Of a stretch of DNA of 64,000 nucleotides, positions 12,004 to 26,693 are shown one piece after another. Below the pieces are notes generated by a model that was not told the DNA's origin, did no database searches, and saw only the letters and a program-made list of their open reading frames with translations. Position 1 is the first letter of the stretch, and each line of letters starts with the position of its first letter. Origin of the DNA: Octopus vulgaris (lineage: Eukaryota); the NCBI GenBank assembly GCA_951406725.2, contig OX597815.1:25234001-25298000 (forward strand). The letters are read 5' to 3'. A program made the translations under genes and the position numbers.

Positions 12004-13377
12004 ATGATAGGCTTCCTTGGTTTCCATCTATCAACTTTACTCACAAGGAATTTGTAAGCCCAGGACTATAGTAGAAGTCACTTGCCCAAGGTGCTATGCA
12101 ATGGGACTGAACCTGAAACTACATGGTTGAAAAGCGAACTTCTTAATCACACACTCATGTTTGCACCTTACATATCATCATCGTCATTTAACGTCCGCTT
12201 TCCATGCTGGCATGGGTTGGATGGTTTGACCCAAGGGCTGGCAAGCCAGAAGGCTGCACCAGGTTCCATTCCGATCTGGCAAAGTTTCTATGGCCAGATG
12301 CCCTTCCTAACGCCAACCACTCCGAGAGTGTAGTGGGTGCTTTTTATGTGCCACCAGCACTAGCATTGACCATGCTTGGTGTTTTTTTTACATTCCACCG
12401 GCACTGTTACAAAGTGAAATGACTAAATGGGTATGGATAAGGCTACTAACTCATGGTACTAATAAACAATCTCAAGATTTGTTGATTATTTTTCTAGGTT
12501 CCCATCTCCAAGATTTCAAAAGATTTAGTTTTTATTTCTTATTGGGAGTTATTTATATGTACATAAGCCTAGGTTATAATTGAATACGCCAACCAACTTT
12601 TACATGCTGTAAAAGTTTGTTTTAGCAATTAACATTCGTTAGTTTGAATAGATATACTTTGAGAAAGCCAAATATTTTTGAATCGCAAAAAAAGAAAAAA
12701 AATGATATTAATGATGATCTATCCTGATGCAGTATTGGATTTAAAAGGTTGATTGCTTTAGTATGGTGACCAAAATAGACTGACCAGTATTGAGTACAGA
12801 AATTTTTCATGCTGTGAACTTCCTCTTTTAGAACTGGAAGAAATTACTGAAGGAAAACAATTGATATGTAGTACTTGAACTATTTTTCTTGGGAACCCGG
12901 GTTCAATTCACTCCAATGTGCACATGTGTAGATATGCAATAGGACTTCAGTCCCACTGTGTGGCACCTTCGGCAACTGTCTTCGACTATAGCCTCAGGCC
13001 AGCCAAAGCCTTGTGAGTGGATTTGGTAGATGGAAACTGAAAGAAGCATGCTACTTGTATGTATGTATATATACATATGCGTGTCTTTGTATTTGTGCCC
13101 CCATCACTGCTTGACAATTGGTGTTGGTGTGTTTACGTCCCTGTAACTTGGTGGTTCAGCAAAAGAAACTGATAGAATAAGTCTTGGGGTTGATTTGTTC
13201 AACCAAAACCCTTCAAAGTGGTGCTCCAGCATGGCTACAGTCAAATGATTGAAACAAATAAAAGAATAGCAGATTATTTCGTTTTGGGATTTGGTTTGCA
13301 AGATTCTTTATATGAGTTCGTGTGTTGAAGCATATTCTGTTGAGTCTGGGGAGAGTCATTTTCTTTTTGTGCCTTAT

Positions 13378-13975
13378 AAGACTTAATTGTAGTATTATAA
13401 GCAAGCTAACCTAACATTCACCTTACAGTCTCAGATACATAAGGAGTGGGGAATGATCTTATTAATAGAAAGGTAAACTATTGCAACAGGTAATTCTAAG
13501 AATGTTTTGGAACTAATTACCAGTTAAATGTAATGAGAATTAAGTGATCTTGAAATAAAATATCATCAGTAAAATACAAACTCATGAAATAAGTTTTAAT
13601 ACTAATTGAAGATCAAGTTGTTACAGTTTTTTAATTTTTTAGTAAAGCATAATTTTGAATTGTTTAATCTGCTATTCTGTTGTGTCTGGGGAGAGTCATT
13701 TTCTTTTTGTGCCTTATAATATAACACACTCACCAGTAAAATTTTCACTTTTTTCTTATTTTTATTGCCCTAAAATTTTCGTTGCATCTTACAACCTTTT
13801 CAATAGTTTTTGAGTCAAAACTATTGAAAAGGTTGGTAATTAGTTCCAAAACATTCTTAGAATTACCTGTTGCAATGGTTTACCTTTCTATTAAGATCAT
13901 TCCCCATTCCTTATGTATCTGAGACTGTAAGGTGAATGTTAGGTTAGCTTTCTTATAATACTACAATTAAGTCTT
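13378..13975. repeat. Inverted repeat with about 145-bp arms (13378-13522 and 13834-13975)
   Basis: AAGACTTAATTGTAGTATTATAAG...GGAACTAATTACCA and its reverse complement, with only a few differences. Confidence 0.92.
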
Positions 13976-14658
13976 TGCTTGCAGGAGACATATTTGTCTG
14001 TTTCTGGACATGTCAAGCATTGTGAAAACTGGGAAATAATCCAGTAAACCTCTCTACACACAATAATTCAAATTAACAAGTGTTCCTCTATATGGCCACT
14101 TGACTTGCTAGATATAGTGACCAAATCTCCTCCAAGCATTGACTGTCTTAACCCTTTCGTTACCAACCCAGCCAAAACCGGCTTTGGCTCTGTATTAATG
14201 TCTTGTTTTCATAAGTTTTTCATTAAAATCTTCCACCAAACCTTAGTCACAATTTATGTTCCTAACACTAGCTTAATGATAAGTAGGTTATTTTACTAAA
14301 TTCTTTTTTTATATTTAAAATAATTGAAAGAAACACAGAGCATCTCAAAATAAATACAGTAACAAAAGGGTTAAAAGGACATATTCAATAATGTAGTTTT
14401 TTGACACACTGCCTTGAAAAGAAATCTGATGGTTAGATAGTTTAACATTTAGACCAACTATTTTTTAAATTTGTTTCAGTCATTAGCTTGCAGCCATACT
14501 GGGGCACTAACTTGCAGGGTTTAGTCAAATCAACCCCAGTATTTTTTTTTTCTAAGCCTGATACTTATTCCATTAATTTCTTCTTGCCAAATTGCTAAGT
14601 TATTGGAATGTAAACAAACCAACACCAGTTGTCAAGCAGTGCACAGACATATATATAT

Positions 14659-14970
14659 GAGCGTCGAGCTTACGATCGTGAGGTTGTGAGCTCAAACCCC
14701 AGACCGGGCTGCGTGTTGTGTTCTTGAGCAAGACACTTTATTTCACGTTGTTCCAGTTCACTCAGCTGTAGAAATGAGTTGTGATGTCACAGGTGCCTAA
14801 CTGTATCTGCCGTTGCCTTTCCCTTGGATAACACTGGTGGGGTGGAGAGCGGAGGCCAGTATGCATAGGCAACTGCTGGTCTTCCATAAACAACCTTGCC
14901 CGGACTTGTGCCTGGGAGGGTAACTTTCTAGGTACAATACCATGATCAGTGTCGTGACCGAATGGGGTCT
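14659..14970 (+). mobile_element. Distinct tRNA-derived SINE nested in a degenerate family A SINE
   Basis: tRNA-like head remnant followed by the core GTGTTCTTGAGCAAGACACTT. It interrupts the microsatellite of a minus-strand family A copy. Confidence 0.6.
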
Positions 14971-17900
14971 CAGATATATATACGATGGGTTTCTTTCAGC
15001 TTCTGTCTCCACTAACGAATCTTTGCCCGACATGCCAGGCAGTGAGACTGAACCCAGATCCATGTGGCTGGGAAGCAAACTTCTTAAAATATTCTGTTTT
15101 ATGTTCAAACCATCCTCTCACACCTATCCTACAATGCCACAGTCATATCAATGAAATCTCAAAGGTACAAGATAATGCATGATTAATTGAAAACAGATGT
15201 GAATAAATAAACATTTCATTTGACAGAGTAACCCGAATACTAAAAGGTTAATCATAGGTCTGCTAGGTAAGAACTGACATGGGTTTAAATACAACCCATG
15301 GCAGAAAGACTATAGAAAATAACAGGCAGATTTTCCATGTTTTAAGTAATGTATTTATTTCTTATTCAAATATACCTTGTTAATCTGATAAAAGCATTTA
15401 CATAATTCATTATTTTTAATTTTAAAATTGCAGTGTTCTTTCAAATTATTGGTAAAGAAAAAATATAAGTTTAAGCGAACAGTGTACAGTACAAGATGGA
15501 TAATAAACTAACTATATTTGTCACACATTGGTCATTACTAGCTGTACTACATTTCTGGAACTTGGCTACTTAATACTTTGATGCCATGTGTGTTTCAATT
15601 GTATGTAAATTGAACATTTAGAAATACTAGTACAGTAAGTAAAGACCATGTCTTTCCCTAGGACATTAAGCAGTGTAACAGAAGTTCACTGCAGAGAAAA
15701 GGGCCCCTAGCAATTCAATTCCTCTATTTGGTTGATTCCTAGTTGTAACTATTTCATTTTACATTGCAATGTTCTTGAAAGAGACATGACCATCACAGCT
15801 TATTCTTTTCACCCTCCTTCAAAGTCAATAGGTATTTTCATCTCTTTACTTGTTTCAGTCATTTGACTGCGGCCATGCTGGAGCACCGCCTTTAGTCGAG
15901 CAAATCGACCCGGGACTTATTCTATCGGTCTCTTTTGCTGAACCGCTAAGTGACGGGGACGTAAACACACCAGCATCGGTTATCAAGTAATGCTAGGGGG
16001 ACAAACACACATATATATATATATATACGACAGGCTTCTTTCAGTTTCCGTCTACCAAATCCACTCACAAGGCATTGGTCGGCCCGAGGCTATAGCAGAA
16101 GACACTTGCCCAAGATGCCACGCAGTGGGACTGAACCCACCACCATGTGGTTGGTTAGCAAGCTACTTACCACACAGCCACTCCTGCGCCTAATCTATAT
16201 AGATTATTTATGCAATTGCATTATTTTGCCTTTTATTTATGAAATAAATTATAGAATAAGTTAAATTCATACAAAAACAACAAATGAAAAATATCTTAAG
16301 GCAGAAATATATTATGTATTTTTAATATTAACTAAACAAAATGTTTAGAAAAGTATTAGCACATGGTGGCCTTCAAGTGGTACAGACAGGAATTTTGAAA
16401 ACCTACATGTATGCATACAGAATATTGAGATCATAATGAAGAAACAAATTAATCATTTTGTGACCATTTTTTCAAATAAAACATGTTGTCAATGCATTTT
16501 GATTTTTAAATTAATCAGAAATTTTGGTAGGTTTAATACAGTAACAGACTTATCTATTATTATGCTGGTGTTTGGAACATCACTTAACAAAACTTCTGTG
16601 ATAATTTCCAATATAAATATGACTGTTTATATCACAGAATTATAGGCAGTCAAAAGCTGGTCAGTATCAAAAGGATTAAAGAGAAAAAGATAGAAAGAGC
16701 AAATTGTTACTCAGCTAAAAGGAAATTTTAGTGCTTAACTGATGATTGTGTGTACATATTAAATTCTATCTCATCAAATCCATTGTAAGTTCAAGCATGG
16801 AATTTACTTCCAACCACAAGGTTGCAGATTTAAACCCAGTGTCTGATACCTTAGATGTCTCCTACCTTAAGCACAGCTTGACCAGTACCCCATGTGATTA
16901 ACAAGTTTGCTTTTCAGTCACATGGTTTCAAGTTTGGTCCCTGGGTGTTTTCTATAGCCTAAGGCTGACCAATACCATGTGACAATATGGTAGATGGAAA
17001 CTATAGGAAGCACATTTTATATATGCAAGATGGAGGGTGAAAGTTGATATTCCATCTTGTGACAGTGAAGCTGTGCAAATGTTGACATGAACAGTTGCTT
17101 TGTTCTCTTGAAAACCTCAGGAATAAAGAAATTCCTTACTTGAAAAATAGATTAGGATTTTTTTTAAATCATTTTTTTTTTTTTGTCACTAACATTAATA
17201 AAAGTATAAGATATTATTTCATTGGTTTTGTATGAGTTTAACTTGTTGAACAACAGCTATGCTTAAAAATGTGTTCAATTATTTTTGGAGGAAGACCAAA
17301 TCCACACCTTTAGAACTATCTAGGATATCTAACAGAACAAATTTTAAGATGATTATAACGTTTGAAAAGAGTTTCAGTGATTGAATTATAGCCATGCATC
17401 ACTTCTGACTCAACTATCCTGACATTCTATAATCTCATTCAATCAATGTTACTTGCTTTAGTTAACTGAAGGAAAATGTAAAGTGCATGATTAAAAAGAA
17501 ATATTGAATTCAAAACAAATGAACACATATATATATATTGTAGTAATCACGTACTGAAATCCATTGACAGTAACTAGAACTGGGACAAATAAAAAAAGCA
17601 AATCTGGACAGTCAGTAAAAGTTTTTTTTTACCAATATGACACTTTTAAACCATGTCTAAAGGAATGATGGCAAGAGGGCAAAAGTAGCAGGGAGGTAAT
17701 CTTGTTGTGGTCAATAAATAAAAGTACCAGTATACTGAGATCAATTCAGCCAACTATATTGTATTCTCTGAAAAACAAAATGTCTTTGTACCTACATAAC
17801 AAACTAATACTTATGGAAGCATTCCGTCGGTTACGACGACGAGGGTTCCGGTTGATCCGATCAACGGAACAGCCTGCTCGTGAAATTAACGTGTAAGTGG

Positions 17901-20900
17901 CTGAGCACTCCACAGACACATGCACCCGTAACATAGTTCTCGGAGATATTCAGCGTGACACAAAGAGTGACAAGGCCGGCCCTTTGAAATACAGGTACAA
18001 CAGAAACAGGAAGTAAGAGTGAGAGAAAGTTGTGGTGAAAGAGTACAGCAGGGATCACCACCATCCCTGCCGGAGCCTCGTGGAGCTTTAGGTGTTTTCG
18101 CTCAATAAACACTCACAACGCCCGGTCTGGGAATCGAAACCGCGATCCTACGACCGCGAGTCCGCTGCCCTAACCACTGAGCCATTGCGCCTCCACTTCT
18201 AATACTTATATTTACTGAGAGGAAGGAGGGTCAGTGATCAGGAATTCATTAGCAAACACAAATAGCAGTATGTTCCAAGCCAGCCAAATCTGAAAAATAG
18301 TTTTGATTCCTGGTTACTCTCATCTCACAAGAGATTTTAAATGTATAAACATCACACTTGTGTCTCTTACAGGAGGTTCAGTGTTGAAGTGCCTTTTCAT
18401 TATGAAACAGGTGTACTCAAGTTTTTGAACAGAAATATATAACCCTTTTAAAGGGAGATCATTGATAATAGACTTTTTTTTTTTTGATATGTAAAGACTT
18501 GAAAAAGTAGAGAAAAATATGTTGTTGACATTTTATGAATTATTAACATAGTTCCTAAAAGAAAACCAATATACAGTTCTTTCCTTTTATTAAATTTCAA
18601 TGATTAGAAAGATGTAAGGAGTTTCCTGCATAATTCAGGATTGCCAAAAATAGTATCTTAGCAAGAGACAATCTCTTTCACATAATACACTTTTGTTTAA
18701 TTTTACATCAACAGCAATGGATTAAAACTTATTAACCTACAAAGAACACATTAGAAATAAAACTTATAAGTTTCAATGACATCTTAATAATTTAATAATA
18801 GGAATCATTAAAAAAATGTAAACAGGAAAAAAAAAATCTCATAAAATGAAGGGATGAAAATTTATTTTGTACAAGAGCAATGCATAAATATATTTTATGA
18901 TAAATACAAATAGATTTTTGATGGAAAATAGAAACTTTTGTAAGCTGAATGTTTCCTAGAGAAACATGTTTGGTGACATGAGATCGAGCTGTAGACAAAG
19001 CAACAATTTAAGTAGAAAACTGCATTTCTCAATGATTTTGTAGGTGTTTTTTTTTTTTTATAACCATGGAACAGTTTTGTATGATAAGTAAAACTTATAA
19101 AAGATTGTCATTGTTTACTTGTTAAAAAATGATGGCTAAAAATCATCAAAGTTGTCAGTCAACTTGATAATGAGAAAAAAATTCTTAAGAGCTGTATTTT
19201 AAACCTGCTATATATATTTTTTAGTACATGCCAAACGAAGCAAGGAAGTGATATAGTTGTCTGAAAAGATGAATAGTATATTACTGGTACTTATTTTGCT
19301 GATCCTATAGAGATTCTTAGTTTACTAATATTAATCAGCACCGAAGACCCGGCAGGACAAGTGAGGCCATAATCCCGTGGCCTACACCTGGGATGTAGCC
19401 AGCCCACTTATGCATTCCTTTCCTTCTTGGGACACAAAACTCCACTTGTGAAGACCTGTTGAGGCAAGTGAAAATCAAAATCGTAATCTATCAACATCAA
19501 TGGAATATGTAGCTGTGATACCAGTGCCGGTGGCACGTAAGAGAACCATCCGAACGTGGCCGTAGCCAGCGCCGCCCGACTGGCCTCCGTGCTGGTGGCA
19601 CGTAAAAAGCACCATCCGATCGTGGCTGTTGGTCAGCCTCGTCTGGCACGTAAAAAGCACCCACTACAGTCACGGAGTGGTTGGCGCTAGGAAGGGCATC
19701 CAGCTGTAGAAACACTGCCAGATCAGACTGGGCTTGGTGCAGCCTTCTGGCTTCACAGACCCCAGTTGAACCGTCCAACCCATGCCAGCATGGAAAGCGG
19801 ACGTTAAATGATGATGATGATGATGATGAAATGAAAGTAAATCCTAACATGATTAAGAGATAGAATAAAACTTGTTAATTCATTTATTCAATGTTCAGCT
19901 GGTTTATTTATTTCCATAGTATTAAACTAAACATGTATTTATTTAGTTCTACCTCAAGTTAACCACGCAATTTGTGAAAGTTATTAAAATACATTTAGTA
20001 GTATCTTAATCATTCAAACTTTTAATATAACTGAGAAATGCAAACATTTGCCAATAAATATTTTAAAACATAACTGATAAATAGTGCTAATAAATCACCA
20101 TTAGACAATAAGAGTGACAACAGAAAAGGGGAGTTTGAAAACCATACAACTGGCTTAAAATCCTCCGATATTTGACTAATGAGAATGCATGTAGAAAAAC
20201 TCTGAAAGGGATATAGCTTCCTGCAGAGAAGAGTTAACCCCTTTGAACAATACTTCAAAACTGTCTAGAGTATCAAACCAGGTCTTATATTTCAGACTGA
20301 CTGATGAAAGTATTATAAAAATTCTTTGATGCAAGATGCATTAATGATTATTAGATGGATCAAACCTGAGTTTCTAACCCCCATCAGCCCCTCCAAAAAA
20401 ACTTTATATGCACTAATTGTAAAAGTCTAATATGATTCTTTCTCTTTTAAAAACATTTCTGTGAGTTTCTTGTGGTATTTTAAAAATTGGTATTTGTAAA
20501 GCCAATTATTTTAAAAACCATACATATAAAAGCTGACTTAAGTGACAAAAAAAAATTAAATACAACTGACCCCGAAAAACCCTGGCTAATAAAATGCATG
20601 ATGAAAAGTTCTTGGAGGAATTTAGCTTCCTGCTAAAAATAATGGTTTTTCAGTATAGTTTAACTTTATACATACAAGTTTACCCTACACAAAACACAGA
20701 GGAGAGAAAAAGTCCTCTAAATATGTTACTGATAAGTTTGGTTTTAAGTAGCTTAACTTTGAAAAGAGTTAACAATGTGAGAATGAAATAAAACAGTGAA
20801 TTGCTTTTTAAAATGGATATTTTACACATACCAGTAATAATTTTATTAAACAAGCAGGTGTGACTGGTTTTAGATTATTTTGAGATTTTATTTATAATAA

Positions 20901-20984
20901 CTTTTATTTTTATAAATTCCATATTTATACAAGTTACTATGTAGATTTGCTGTTTATGTATATATTTTCGTACACACAAACACT

Positions 20985-21832
20985 TCAATCAGAATCAGAC
21001 AAAACAATAACTTCTTTAGACTGAGCAGTAGCAGGCCACTTTTGACCGCTTCTAACACCGTAACTACTACCCGAAGTCACTTGATAATTCTGACTTTGAT
21101 AATTAGTCTGTTGTGCAGTAAAATATTTAGAGTTACTAGTCCGATTGTTCATGCTATATGCTAAAGAAGCAACAGAAGCAATTTTAAATGAGACACCATC
21201 AAAATCTTGCTGTTGCTGAACCTGAGTTTTCACTTCCATACTAAGCTGCATATTGCTTTGAGAAGAGACAAACATTCTTCCTGATGATGATGATGATGAT
21301 GTGGTTGTAGATGATGATAATGAAGTATTGGAATTTCTAGCACCAACTGCACATCGAGGCCTTAGTGGTATAAGAGATTGCTCTTTACATGTTGATGTAG
21401 GAGTGTCTACTTTGTCGATTGGAATGCTGCAGCTTACACCATTTTCTTCAGATTCAGAAGAATCGAGATCAATAACTATCTTTTCACTCGCATCTTTGCT
21501 CTTTTCATCGCTGGATTTGTCTGAATTGCTTTTAACCACTCGGTGTAAAGGTAACAAAGGTAGCACCTGTGAAGAGCTTTTACCTTTTTGTGATTGGGCT
21601 GACATTTTGCAACCACGATCTTGTCTGCTCCTTGTCTTAGAATAACTGTTGGATGCAGAACTGTCAGAAATATTATTTATATCATTTTGAACTTTGGTAG
21701 GTATTACCAACTTCTCTAATTGTACTTTCAAGTCTTTTGTGGGGGGTATTTGTAATGAGACGCTCCCTGAAGGTTTAGCTGTTTTGATTTCAGTAATGTC
21801 ATCATCTTCATCGTCATCATCCAATGCCATTA
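20985..21832 (-). CDS. DAXX: DAXX last coding exon with C-terminal SUMO-interacting motif
   Basis: CTGCAG acceptor at 21833, S/T/Q-rich sequence ending EVIVLSDSD-stop, the hallmark DAXX C-terminal SIM (human EIIVLSDSD). Confidence 0.93.
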
Positions 21833-22340
21833 CTGCAGAAAACAAACCAAAAAAGCATTATTATTACAAGTGACCTATACAATGTCATTAGAAAATTCTT
21901 ATATAAGCAACTGGCTTATTAAGCTAACCACACATGGATCTTCAGTTATAATTAATAACTACATCAGACAGAACACCATTCACAAAGCTCTGCATTAACA
22001 GGATCTCACAAAACGGGCTCTAAAGGCTGTTGAGAAAGCTAGGTATAGATGAATGGTGTTGGAGAGCAATCTGGACCCTATACCAGTGTACATATAAGCA
22101 AAAGGAGGATTGTCAGTAAATTTAGAAAGGAATTTTGTATACAGGTTGATGTTCACTAAGGCTATTCTTCAGTCTCTCATTATTAGAATCTTTGAGGCAA
22201 AAATACATGAGCAAGTCTGGGCGTCCTTTAGAAATCCTTGTAAGTACTCACAAGGAAACAAACCTCAGATGCACTTGAGTAATAAACAGCTGAGGCATCT
22301 ATACATGGTTTAGTAGAAGTCTTAGATAATTTTTGCTACC

Positions 22341-22888
22341 TTAGAGGACAGTACGGTCGGCATCCATCCGCCTTGAGAGATGATGGTGTAGCTCAGAAAA
22401 GGTGGTGGGTTTATCTGCACTTCCTGGTGTGGCTGTGCAAACCCTTCCTGTTGAGCTACAAGGCCTGGGCAGGTTTGTATGAGGGATCAGCTGTTGCCCA
22501 TGCTGTTTGATCCCCCCCTCTCCACGCAGCTGGTACCAGATGCGTCGCAGGAATTGCCAGTGATGACGTGTTGTGTCAGGCCGCCTTAGGGACTCCAGCT
22601 CCGGATCTTCTGTCGGGGGTCTTGCCGCAAGGCAGTGGAGGTTTGAAATCAGAGTTTCCCCTCTCCTAGTTGGGCTGCCAGTCAAGGCTATCGAGTCTCA
22701 ACTACCCAAAGCAACTGGTTTTAAGGCGCCGGTGACTCGCCTTTGCCCCTTCTCCTGTCAGTAGGAACGGTTTCGCCGCAGGAAGGCCAGGAGTTGGACT
22801 TGACTGTCAGAGGCTATTTGAGACGCATGCCGTGGGAGCACTTTGTAGGCAGTGGGAGCTTATTCCCGCTACCACTCCCGGCTATGAC
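22341..22888 (-). mobile_element. Non-autonomous RTE-type derivative (5' UTR fused to an ORF remnant)
   Basis: GC-rich island in an AT-rich intron. The minus strand ends in HLSRRMDADR (RTE HxxRMxxxR-like) and starts with an RTE-like 5' UTR carrying HDV-ribozyme-like stems. Confidence 0.55.
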
Positions 22889-23973
22889 AGTACTGTAGAT
22901 GGATATAATTTCAATGAATGGCAGTATAAGAATTTCTGGGAATTGTAACATAAGGGTTTCTTATACCATTTAAAAGATGAACTATATGAAGCAGGAAGAA
23001 TGATAACATGTGGCTGGGAGACATGGATATTGTGAGCACAAGATTGATTAAAATTGTAGAAGTGAGCAGAGACAATGACTGGGCATAAAATACATCAATC
23101 AGTATGTGCAGTAGATGCAGATGCACTGAGAAGTGCTTAGTGTAAACAATTGAAGTGCACCATTAAACTGAAAGTGGAAGGTATTTTTTGCTGCAGGCAG
23201 GTTATGAAACACTTGCAGACAACTGGAAAAGTTAAACCAGAGAATGTCAGACTTCACAAGTAACATGAGAATGAAAACGAATGTTAGTACCAGTGTTATA
23301 TATCCGTACAGATATAGTAAAGTAATGATGATGGAAAGTCAGCAAGGAAAAACAGTCTGTCCAACAACCAAGGAGTCTATTCAGTTTTCATACAAAAATT
23401 GCACATTTTGCTCTGAAACTCAAGGTTAATATGTAGGAGAATGATGGCTAAACTACTAACTACACAATGACACATCAGGTAATTTAAAATAATATTTAAA
23501 TAACAAGGAAAATTTTTTTTAAATAAGTTTCACGTTAATTTTCCACATTAGCAATGGTTATACTAGTAATCTCATAGACCCACACATATCTTATACATTT
23601 TCTGTAGTGTTAGAAAAGTAAATAGACAAAATAGCTCCATAATTTCATTTCAATTTTTTGTCAGCTATTTCAGCTCTACCATCAAACGCTACACATTTAA
23701 ATAATTATAACATCATCATCGTTATCATCATTTAATGTTTGTTTTCCGAATCAGAAGACTGCACCAAGCTCTGCTGTGCGCTTTGGCATGGTTTCTATGG
23801 TTGCTTGTTCTTCCTTAATGGCAACCATATCCCCAAAGTTACAGGGAGGTTTATACAGTGAAGTGGACCAGGGATTGGAGTAGGTGAATAATTGCAAAGG
23901 GGGTGTGGGAGATAGAGGGTAGAGGGAATGCCATCAGTGGATACAGGGAGAGGGAAGAGCTATTAGGAGACTA

Positions 23974-25463
23974 CCATAAAAACCCATGTAATCTGTGCAC
24001 CTATGTAATTTACACAGGTGATTTTCAGGATAAAAATCATTAAAAAAAGCTTCTACTTGTAAAATTCGCACCCAAAAGTTTTCAGAATTGCCAATATGGC
24101 CAGGGGGAAAAGGTTTTGAATTTAGTTGTATTTAGTAGAATTTCACTTACTTATGATTAGATTTTATCAAATTTTCATTAAATAAAAATAATTTCTGTTT
24201 AACAGGTATTACATTAAAATCTATTAAAGTATTTGCGTTGTCTATATAAATAAAATCGGTCTTGTGGGACTGACACATATCTGTGTGTTTCACCTGTTCG
24301 GTATACCCTCCTTCTCCTCCCTTATGAGACTGACAATGTCAGTCTGCTTTAGCTACTCGGTATACCTTCCCCCTCTCTTGATATTAGCGTTCCAATAAAA
24401 ATAAATAAATGAAAAGTATGATGCTGATTGTATGTGTGTGTTTGCATGGGTGAAACTGTATGAGACTGTGTGTACGTGCGACTGTATGTGATTGTGTGTG
24501 TCTGTATGTGTATGCAAATGTATGAGACTGTATGCACACACACACACACACGTACCTGTATGACACTCTGCATTTGTGTGTCTCCACATAACCGGAAACA
24601 ACTGAAGTATTATTTTACAAATTGTAATCATGTATATATGATATAATGAAGGACATTACTGTATACAGTGCTCAGGTGCACTACAACTAAAAAAAACAAA
24701 AAAACATAAGCCACCAGGTGTACTGTTGGCAGATTTCAGGAAGCATGGAAATTTTGAAGGATGTAGCATCTCAACAGCTAATAACTGATGCAAGTAGTTT
24801 ATTCCATGCTTCAGCAAGTCTGAGTGTGAAAATGTGTTTCCAAAAGTCATGGGGGGCTGTGTTGGTTTTTGATTTTACAAGCATATAAGTGTGTGTTTGT
24901 CACAGGGAATTCTAAAAGGTGCCCATGGCTGTTGTTGGAAAGATAGTGGATAATCTTGTTTATAGTAAACTTTACATTACTTGTCCACAAGAGATTATGT
25001 CAGATCTTTAGCATATAGCTCTATGTCGTCTCAAACCATGATCACAAGAAAAGTTGTTGATAAGAACTATCAATAAAAACAAAGCTGATAAATATGCAGA
25101 GGTGTTGAAAATTAAGTTTAATTACCAATAAACATCAGCTTGGATGACACATTACTCAACCAAGTAAAATATGTAAAATATGGCCTGGACCGTGATTACC
25201 AGCATGTACGTTAGACTTCAAAAGTAGTTAACCATTTAATGGTTTTAGTAAATTTATACAAAAAGGTATGCCTTATACTGTCCAGCATAATTAAAAGTCA
25301 ACTTCATTATATTTAAGTACATTAAATGAGTCAACTTCCACAACAAAAAAAAAAAATTTCTAAAAAAATTCTGGAAACAATCTATTCATTTAATTTAAGC
25401 ACCCACTAAAGTTTATCTTTATTTTTTGTGAAAAAAGTGCATAAATTACATGGATTTTTATGG
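23974..25463. mobile_element. Non-autonomous Tc2/pogo-like DNA transposon
   Basis: TA|CCATAAAAACCCATGTAAT ... ATTACATGGATTTTTATGG|TA: 19-bp TIRs with one mismatch and a TA TSD. No intact ORF. Confidence 0.75.
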
Positions 25464-26480
25464 TAATTAGATGTTCTATAAAAATATTTACTGTGTCAGT
25501 TCAAAAATATATCTGAAAATTTGGTACGGATAAATGTATAGGACAATTAAAAAAAATCAAAGACGTAGTGCCAATCTCTAATTGTAGAGGGAATATGTGG
25601 ACGGGGAAAACCCAGGAAGACATGGGATGAAGTGGTGAGAAAGGATCTACAGATGTTGGGACTCACAGAGAGGATGACAAGGGAACCAAGACACCTGGTG
25701 GTTTGTTGTGCTTGAAAAGACACATCAAACTAAGTAAAAGTGTGGATGTCCTTTCAAACCTCCTCAGCTGAGCATCCTTAACCTTTTTGTTACTGTATTT
25801 CTGTTGAGATACTCTGTGTATCTTCCTATTATTTTAACCCTTTAGCATTTAAACCGGCCATATCCGGCCCAAAGTATTCTGCCTGTTTTATGCTCAAACT
25901 GGCCAGATCTGGTCTCTCACACCAACCCTACAATATCATCTTAAAAATTAACAGCTACCTCATCAAAATCTCATAGCTACAAGATTAATGAATGATTAAT
26001 TCAAAGCAATGTAGATGAAGAAGCATTAATTTTGGCAGAATAATGTGAACACTAAAGGGTTAAATATAACAAAGGATTTAGTAAAATAACTTTGTTATCA
26101 TTCAGCTAGTGTTAGGAACATAAATTGTGACTAAGATTGGTGGAAGATTTTAATTCAAAACTTATGAAAACAAGACATTTGCATTCAAAGCCAGAGCCAG
26201 TTTCAGCCAGGTTGGTAATGAAAGGGTTAATCTCACAGGCTTGTAGGTGCTGGTGTCATGTAAAAAGCACCCAATGCACTCTGTAACGTGGTTAGCATTA
26301 GGACAGGCATCTAGCTGTAGAAATCATGCCAAAACAAACAATTGGAGCCTGGACAGCCCATCAGCTGGTCAGCTCCTGTTAAACCGTCCAACCAATGCCA
26401 GCATGGAAAATGGATGTGAAATGATAATGATGACGATGATGATATATGGTATTATTTTAACTTAAATTACTGATATGCAC

Positions 26481-26607
26481 CTTCAGCCAATTCTGGAATT
26501 TCATCCTCCTCATCCTCTTCTTCAGATGAACTTTCTAAAACATTTTCATCAACTTCTTCAGGCTGGGCATTGGTATCATATTGTTTCTGAGCATATTTTG
26601 ATATAAT
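26481..26607 (-). CDS. DAXX: DAXX coding exon 7 (end of histone-binding domain, acidic region)
   Basis: IISKYAQKQ (human VISKYAMLQ) followed by the acidic stretch ESSSEEEDEEDE. TTTTAG acceptor, G|GTGCAT donor. Confidence 0.9.
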
Positions 26608-26659
26608 CTAAAACAAAAAGATATATATATTAACAGCTAATTCCCTGCATATACACTGG

Positions 26660-26693
<34 letters not shown>

